This document shows, piece after piece, positions 58,278-64,000 of a DNA stretch of 64,000 bases (its first letter is position 1; each line of letters begins with the position of its first letter). The DNA is from a virus. The DNA lies in IMG/VR virus record IMGVR_UViG_3300042505_001173, positions 32,001-96,000 of that record; one strand, written 5' to 3'. A model generated the notes under the pieces. The model was not told where the DNA came from and did no database searches. It saw only the letters and a program-made list of their open reading frames with translations. The translations under genes were made by a program, and so were the position numbers.

Positions 58278-59996
58278 ATGTTAGATCATCTTGTAAACCG
58301 GAAAATTAACGCCATCACCTTCAAGTATGACAAGAACAAACAAATGTTTCTTGATCATGTTGCTGAAAAATGGGTAGAAAAGATCCCACGTAACAAAACA
58401 TACACAGAAACATATGAAAAATATCGCACATGGTCAATTTATAGATTGAATGACTATGTAGAGGTACTATTAAAAAATAATGCTGTCGCTGAATCGATTG
58501 ATATTAAGCCACAATCAGCAAAAGTAAAAGATTCAATAGAAACAGGTAAAAGATTCAAGTTACGATATCAAAATCTTGTTGATTCGTTAAAAGTACCTGA
58601 CCCTATTAAGTTTAGTAATATTCGTGCAAGGTTACCAATCGGTTTATCTGATTCAGATATTATGCAAGCATTAGTTGAGTTTAAAAACAAGACAGGTGAT
58701 ACAAAATTTGTTTTAGATATTGATTATGCTAAAGCTATCTTAAGTACTATTATCATTACGTACTCTCAGTATAAATTATCATTAAGAAAAATGACATATG
58801 AGCCAAGATATCGCGAGAAAAAAGGGTATGTTCAATGTTCATGGAATCTATTACGTCATACATGTTCAAATGGCTACCCAAAATATTTAAAAGCATTGCA
58901 AGATGCTGGTATCGTTGAATGTGATGGTGTATATGCTAACTGGGGTGATAATAAGAAAGCTTATAGTTATAAAATCAATGATAGGTACTTTGAAACAACA
59001 GGTTCGCAAAAATATCGTTTTGACGATTATAACAATTATCATATCAGATATACACAATTATTGTATAAAATGGAGTATCGCAGAAAACAACGCGAAACAA
59101 AAAATGAATTCCATACTCAAATGATCGAGGATGTAGAAACATTGATTGCTCCTATTGATACAGTACAAATGGCTAAAGATTTTGAATCTAATAAGTATGC
59201 GTTCTATAATGTAAAAACTGAAGAAGAATTAGAAGCAAAATTAAAAAAATCAGAAACATTAACAATTGAAGATTTCGTTACATCTGTTGAACATATTCAA
59301 ACTAATGGCGCATATTTTAATGTTTCAGATGATTTTGGTGGTAGATTTCATAGTCCATTCACTAATCTTAAATCTGTTATTCGTAATCATGTCCAATATA
59401 ATGACATGAAATATATCAATATTGATATTAGCAATTCACAGATGATTGTTTTATCTACAATTATGGATAATCCAAAATTAGCTAAACGTTTGTTAACTAA
59501 TGTAAAATTCGGTGATCAAGATTCAGATAAGCTTATCAATGCTGTTGAATTGATTAACGGGTTAGAAGATGTTAAAAACTTTTGCGAAAAAGCAAAAACA
59601 GGTGAGATATACGAAACAGTTGCTGAGCATTTAGGAACAGACAGACAACAAGCTAAAATCAATTTATTGAGTATACTTTTCAGTAATGAAGATCAATTCA
59701 AACGCATCAAAACGAAAATGCAAGAATTATATCCATCATTGATTAAGTTATCAAATCAATTAAATTGTGTAAACGGTATACATTATCTTCCAATGTTATG
59801 TCAACGTTTTGAATCAGAACTATTCATCAATACAATTGTAAAAGAATTCTTCAAACATAAAAAATATCCTGCAATTACTATCCATGATTCAATCATGGTT
59901 CATCCAGAAGATTACGAAAAATTCATGTTAGTATACAAAAATGAATTTTCAAAATTAGGTCTTACATCGTTTCAAGTAAAGGTGGAGCAATACTAA
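58278..59996 (+). CDS. family-A/T7-like polymerase-fold protein with N-terminal HTH-like region
   Basis: GGRFHSPFTNL, NIDISNSQ (motif A), RQQAK..L..LF (motif B), CQRFES, TIHDSI (motif C). Confidence 0.65.
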   Translation: MLDHLVNRKINAITFKYDKNKQMFLDHVAEKWVEKIPRNKTYTETYEKYRTWSIYRLNDYVEVLLKNNAVAESIDIKPQSAKVKDSIETGKRFKLRYQNLVDSLKVPDPIKFSNIRARLPIGLSDSDIMQALVEFKNKTGDTKFVLDIDYAKAILSTIIITYSQYKLSLRKMTYEPRYREKKGYVQCSWNLLRHTCSNGYPKYLKALQDAGIVECDGVYANWGDNKKAYSYKINDRYFETTGSQKYRFDDYNNYHIRYTQLLYKMEYRRKQRETKNEFHTQMIEDVETLIAPIDTVQMAKDFESNKYAFYNVKTEEELEAKLKKSETLTIEDFVTSVEHIQTNGAYFNVSDDFGGRFHSPFTNLKSVIRNHVQYNDMKYINIDISNSQMIVLSTIMDNPKLAKRLLTNVKFGDQDSDKLINAVELINGLEDVKNFCEKAKTGEIYETVAEHLGTDRQQAKINLLSILFSNEDQFKRIKTKMQELYPSLIKLSNQLNCVNGIHYLPMLCQRFESELFINTIVKEFFKHKKYPAITIHDSIMVHPEDYEKFMLVYKNEFSKLGLTSFQVKVEQY

Positions 59997-59997
59997 A

Positions 59998-60360
59998 ATG
60001 ACAACGTTCTATAATAACAACTCATGGAACTGTACAAAAAATAACGCATTGTTTTATTTGTACTTAAATGATTCAATAATGTTCAAGATAGATGAGCAAA
60101 CATATGGATGCGAATTTTATAATTATGATGCTAGTTTTAAAAACCGTAAACAAGTAGAAGCATTATTTGATACATCGATTGACATGATATCTCCTTATAA
60201 TATTGTTGAATTATGCGAAACAATGAAAGGTACTATATACGAGAATAAAGATATGCCAAACGATTCAAATTCAGGAACTTATAAATTTGAAAAATTAAAT
60301 TTAGATAGTTCTACCTTACGTAGAATGATGGATGGAGATATAGCATATTATGCAGCATGA
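59998..60360 (+). CDS. hypothetical protein
   Basis: 120-aa ORF with GGAG RBS. Confidence 0.6.
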   Translation: MTTFYNNNSWNCTKNNALFYLYLNDSIMFKIDEQTYGCEFYNYDASFKNRKQVEALFDTSIDMISPYNIVELCETMKGTIYENKDMPNDSNSGTYKFEKLNLDSSTLRRMMDGDIAYYAA

Positions 60361-60589
60361 TATTGATGGACCTAATTACAAAACTGATTACAAAACTGAT
60401 TACGATAGATTACACGGATTAATATCGTTAGGTATTTTAAAGAAAGATGAGCTGTATGATACTGGAACGTATCAAGATGTGATTGATAGCGCAATCGAAA
60501 ATTTAACGTGCTTGCAATCATATGCGACCGATGAAGCTGAAACAATGATATCGAATTCATTTAATCGGGGTTCAGCTTATTTGTGGTAA
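60350..60589 (+). CDS. hypothetical protein
   Basis: 79-aa ORF with GGAG RBS. Confidence 0.55.
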   Translation: MQHDIDGPNYKTDYKTDYDRLHGLISLGILKKDELYDTGTYQDVIDSAIENLTCLQSYATDEAETMISNSFNRGSAYLW

Positions 60590-60597
60590 AGGGGTAA

Positions 60598-60620
60598 GAA
60601 GGGCGAATTAATCGCCCTTC
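60598..60620. terminator. hairpin between convergent genes
   Basis: GAAGGGCGA-N5-TCGCCCTTC. Confidence 0.65.
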
Positions 60621-60625
60621 AAAAA

Positions 60626-61357
60626 TTACTTTAATGATAACGATCTATCAAATGCATCAATATAATAATCGTGTAATTTGTCTAAGTAATTAGAATTTCG
60701 TAAATCTTTAAATACTAAATTTTCAATTGAGAACTCACCGCCTCGTTCGAGTCCAGCTTGTCTCATATTTTTGATTTTTTTACGAAGTTCTTTAATTTTA
60801 GCGCAATTTTTACTATCTTTAAATCCGTCAATGCGTTGTTTTAAAGCTTGTGATTTTACATTGATAGCGTATTCGTTTACTTCACGTTCAATTCCTTTTT
60901 TACGTTTGGGTTGAGTAACCCATTCGTCATTTTGCAAGCTGTACACGCCAGTTGAATGGTGTGGCTCATCTTCTAGTTGTGTATAAACTTCAACAGGAAA
61001 ATTAAAGATTGTAATATCGTGTAAATCATTCCATATCTGATTTTTATCTTTTAATATATCAGCTAATTCAAACCCGCATTCACCGCAGTCTGAGTCACTT
61101 TTATTAATTATAACATGAACATCGATATCTGAAAATCTGGTATAGTTATAATTTGCTAAACTACCAGTCATTACGATGTCAGTTATATGATACATAGGAT
61201 CAAGATCTAAATTTTCAAAATATAAGTTAGCAATTTTTAACAATTGACGTCTTACTTTTGCTTTTAGTTTGTTGTTGTCCCATAATCTTGAATTTAATTC
61301 AGAATGATATTCGAAACTGTATGATTCGATTAAGAATTGTGTTAATGATTGTTTCAT
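60626..61357 (-). CDS. Pol-beta-superfamily nucleotidyltransferase
   Basis: TGSLANYNYTRFSDIDVH, PVEVY, GEFSIENLVFK.LRN; TATAAATA at 61389-61396. Confidence 0.8.
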   Translation of the reverse strand: MKQSLTQFLIESYSFEYHSELNSRLWDNNKLKAKVRRQLLKIANLYFENLDLDPMYHITDIVMTGSLANYNYTRFSDIDVHVIINKSDSDCGECGFELADILKDKNQIWNDLHDITIFNFPVEVYTQLEDEPHHSTGVYSLQNDEWVTQPKRKKGIEREVNEYAINVKSQALKQRIDGFKDSKNCAKIKELRKKIKNMRQAGLERGGEFSIENLVFKDLRNSNYLDKLHDYYIDAFDRSLSLK

Positions 61358-61435
61358 AATTGTTTTTTCTAAATTGTGATAAACAACATATTTATATGAG
61401 AATCAGTATAGATAACGTATAACTATTAAGCTATC

Positions 61436-62080
61436 TTAACAATTCCATTTTTTTAATGCTAAAGCTTTACGTGTAGGTTTACCATGTTTGTCTTTCATTG
61501 GTCCTTTAACACCGCTCATTCTAGCACAAAAGCTTTTACGTCTTTTATAAGCTTTACTATCTTTCTTTAATTTACTTGGTTTGGTTGTTACAGCTGTCTG
61601 CAATTTACTACCAGGATGTTCTTTACGGTAGCTTGCTACACCTTTTGCGTTTAAACCACCGTTTTTATTTTTACCTTCTTTACGAGTCCATGCAGCAGCT
61701 TCAAAAAGCTCATCATCACTTACAGACTCAAAATCATCCCAAATAACATCGCTATCAACACCATGATGAATAGCTAAATTATCTACCATAGTTTCAATCA
61801 TATCAAACATTTCATGAACAGATGGGTTAATACCACGTTGTTCTTGACTTTGCAAATAATCCCAAACTGATACAAGAATATACTCAGCTTTAGCTATTTT
61901 TTCTTGAACCCATTCAGGTAAATTCTCATTTTTTTCAATTGTCTTCATTAGACCCGATGCAGCACGGGCAATCGTGAGTAGATGACCGTGAGCAGTGCCT
62001 GCTTCATCATTATACTCAGAATTCATATTTTCGTTAGCAACCGTGCTAACACGAGTGGTTAATATATCATTTACTTTCAT
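61436..62080 (-). CDS. late hypothetical protein with acidic N-half and basic DUF6321-like C-terminal domain
   Basis: LPEWVQEKI; AAWTRKEGKNKNGGLNAKG...RRKSFCARMSG...ALKKWNC; TATAAATA at 62106-62113. Confidence 0.7.
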   Translation of the reverse strand: MKVNDILTTRVSTVANENMNSEYNDEAGTAHGHLLTIARAASGLMKTIEKNENLPEWVQEKIAKAEYILVSVWDYLQSQEQRGINPSVHEMFDMIETMVDNLAIHHGVDSDVIWDDFESVSDDELFEAAAWTRKEGKNKNGGLNAKGVASYRKEHPGSKLQTAVTTKPSKLKKDSKAYKRRKSFCARMSGVKGPMKDKHGKPTRKALALKKWNC

Positions 62081-62144
62081 AGTTGTATCTCCATTATATT
62101 AGGAATATTTATAAAAGTAATATCAGTACTGTTTTTAATGACAT

Positions 62145-62183
62145 AAAAAAAAGACTTAACTGAAAAAACAGTAAGTCTTTTTT
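62145..62183 (-). terminator. terminator of the Y-like RNA
   Basis: AAGACTTA(A)CTG-N6-CAGTAAGTCTT flanked by A8 and T tracts. Confidence 0.75.
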
Positions 62184-62187
62184 AATA

Positions 62188-62302
62188 CAAGATTCATTTT
62201 AATTTCAATTATTCTACCAACTGAACTACATAACCTTTCGGTTATGGTGGGAATCGAACCCACGACACATTGATTCCGATTATATATTGCTGTTAGAATC
62301 TT
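62188..62302 (-). ncRNA. Y-RNA (YrlA)-like RNA: ACAGCAA stem enclosing a circularly permuted tRNA body
   Basis: AAGATTC-TA-ACAGCAA...TCAAT GTGTC GTGGG TTCGATT CCCAC CATAACC GAAA GGTTATG TA GTTC AGTTGGTA GAAT A ATTGA...GAATCTTG. Confidence 0.85.
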
Positions 62303-62315
62303 AACTTCAAATACA

Positions 62316-62344
62316 ATTATAATATGTTATATAGTATTGATCAA
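62316..62344 (-). promoter_or_regulatory. sigma70-type promoter of the Y-like RNA
   Basis: TTGATC-17-TATAAT. Confidence 0.8.
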
Positions 62345-62428
62345 CTGTTTTTATATGGTTCACAATAGAGTTTATCTACTATTGTCATACATACTAATCC
62401 TTTATTTTTAAGTGTTTTTTAGGATTGG

Positions 62429-63628
62429 TTAATAATTAATTTCAATTAACGGAAATAGCAATCTAAATGCTGTACCGTGGTTTGATTCAGCTGTATTTGA
62501 GTCGACGATAATATGACCATTAGCGTCATGTACCATACCGCTAACGGTTGACAATCCTAAGCCTGTACCTTCACCAATAGGTTTTGTAGTAAAAAATGGA
62601 TCAAAAATATGATCAATTACAGTTTGATCAATACCTGTACCAGTATCTAGAACACGTAATTCAATATAATCATTTGAAATAATATGTTGAGCACACGATG
62701 TACAAATTTGATTATGAATATTGACTTGTTTTAATGAAACTACAATAGTACCACCATTTTTCATGGAATCACGAGCATTAATAATCAAATTAGTTAAAAT
62801 TTGATGTAAATCAATAGCATCTATTTGAATATCAAGATAGTTGTCGACATTTGTTTCAAGGTGAAACCTACTAGTTAATGCTGGACCTACCATTGATGCA
62901 ACATCGTATATTACTTCTTGTGTTGGTCGTATTTCTATATCTTTATCAGCTGAGTTTTGACGTGAATAAGCTAGCATTTTACTAATCAAGCTAGATGCGC
63001 GTTTACTAGCAACGTTAACTGCGTTTACATTGTATATAAAGTCAGCTTTGCGTTGTTCATCCGGACAATCTTCTGCTAATAATAAGTTGAGTTCGTTGTA
63101 ACCTAATATACAGTTTAAAATATTATTAAAATCGTGTGCTATACCTGCTGTTAACCGACTAAGGCTTTCGATTTTTTGCATCTGGTTAACTTGTTTGTTT
63201 AATAATAGTAAAGCGGCTTTATTTTTTTCACGCTCAGTAATATCTTTAAACACACCCATATAGCCAATTATATTACCGTCATCGTCATTAATTGTAGATG
63301 GTCTAACAGATACTTGATGTTTACCTAACGTCATTGTAAACTCTTGACAGCTTGATAATTTTTTGATTAGTTCTTTTTGATTGTTAGTATTTTTATGAAA
63401 CATAACAATATTAACGCCAATCATTTTATTAACGTTAAAAGATGGGAATTTTTTTTGAATCTCTGATTCTGCAGCAGTAAAAATTTTTACTGCGCTATCA
63501 TTATAATAAACAACGTTGCGATCTGCATCTGTAATAACAACAGCATCGTTTAATGAATTTAAACCTTTTGTTAGACGAAAATTACATAGACTGAGATTTT
63601 CATTGGGTGTAGCTGTTATTGTTGGCAT
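62429..63628 (-). CDS. PAS-domain sensor histidine kinase
   Basis: PAS (FHKN, FKDITE); H box AGIAHDFNN; N box NLIINARD; G1 DTGTG; F box FDPFFTTK; G2 GTGLGL. Confidence 0.92.
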   Translation of the reverse strand: MPTITATPNENLSLCNFRLTKGLNSLNDAVVITDADRNVVYYNDSAVKIFTAAESEIQKKFPSFNVNKMIGVNIVMFHKNTNNQKELIKKLSSCQEFTMTLGKHQVSVRPSTINDDDGNIIGYMGVFKDITEREKNKAALLLLNKQVNQMQKIESLSRLTAGIAHDFNNILNCILGYNELNLLLAEDCPDEQRKADFIYNVNAVNVASKRASSLISKMLAYSRQNSADKDIEIRPTQEVIYDVASMVGPALTSRFHLETNVDNYLDIQIDAIDLHQILTNLIINARDSMKNGGTIVVSLKQVNIHNQICTSCAQHIISNDYIELRVLDTGTGIDQTVIDHIFDPFFTTKPIGEGTGLGLSTVSGMVHDANGHIIVDSNTAESNHGTAFRLLFPLIEINY

Positions 63629-63722
63629 TCGGTGATCCTTTTAGTTGAAAATGTGTTTACCGATAAACCGCCCCATGTATACCATACAAAACATCCTGAT
63701 ATAATGTATTTATTAATTATTT

Positions 63723-63752
63723 TATAGAGGGTTAGCAATGTAACCCTCTATA
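63723..63752 (-). terminator. terminator after HU
   Basis: TATAGAGGGTTA-N6-TAACCCTCTATA. Confidence 0.65.
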
Positions 63753-63761
63753 ATTAGCTAG

Positions 63762-64000
63762 TTAATCAATATCGTTAACAGCTACTTTTAAAGATTTACC
63801 AACTTTAAAAACAGGTATTTTAGCTGCTTTAATTTCAACAGGCTCACCTGATTTTGGATTACGTCCAACACGTGCAGCTCGTTCTCTAATATCCCAAGTA
63901 CCAAACCCAGTTAAAATAACAGGTTCACCTTGACTCAAGACATGAGTAACAGATGAAATAAAACCATCTAATGCACGAGATGATTCACCTTTTGTTAAAC
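63762..64000 (-). CDS. hup: HU/IHF DNA-binding protein (5' truncated by the window edge; not in the ORF track)
   Basis: LTKGESSRALDGF...GEPVILTGFGTW..RERAARVGRNPKSGEPVEIKAAKIPVFKVGKSLK. Confidence 0.92.
   Translation of the reverse strand, partial: LTKGESSRALDGFISSVTHVLSQGEPVILTGFGTWDIRERAARVGRNPKSGEPVEIKAAKIPVFKVGKSLKVAVNDID

Noticed and set aside
60375-60403. 12-bp tandem repeat ATTACAAAACTG x2.4
   Set aside because: In-frame micro-duplication (YKTD YKTD) in a small ORF; no sign of wider function
62205-62275. Conventional tRNA gene
   Set aside because: T arm precedes D arm, the acceptor stem is closed by GAAA, and there is no anticodon loop or CCA end
1-64000. Stop-codon reassignment (alternative genetic code)
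   Set aside because: Conserved genes are full length in code 11 and TAA, TAG and TGA all occur as genuine stops

Overview
AT-rich (roughly one-third GC) segment of a large lytic tailed phage: a jumbo myovirus distantly related to T4, using the standard genetic code. It encodes a gp20-like portal, gp26-like hub/chaperone, UvsW/UvsX/UvsY, gp32 SSB, primase and a DnaE fragment, and carries TATAAATA late promoters and sigma70-type early promoters. Left to right: an NAD salvage pair (NadM-Nudix + NadV); about 23 kb of duplicated tail-fibre and Ig/glycine-rich adhesin genes with a subtilase; a recombination/replication block whose UvsW helicase carries a contiguous class-3 intein and a naturally split intein; a portal with an HNH intein; nucleotide metabolism genes (dUTPase, ThyA, DHFR, NrdAB, QueD, PRTase); a PAS histidine kinase; and HU. 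The most striking signal is non-coding. A Ro60/TROVE-like vWA (DUF2828-type) gene is preceded by a promoter-driven array of about 9 hairpin units. Each has a variable closing stem, a conserved ACAGCAA motif and a variable payload, and several payloads resemble tRNA anticodon stem-loops. A tenth unit 8 kb away has its own promoter and terminator and carries a circularly permuted tRNA body lacking an anticodon loop (Y-RNA/YrlA-like architecture). All calls come from motif recognition by eye; no searches were run.
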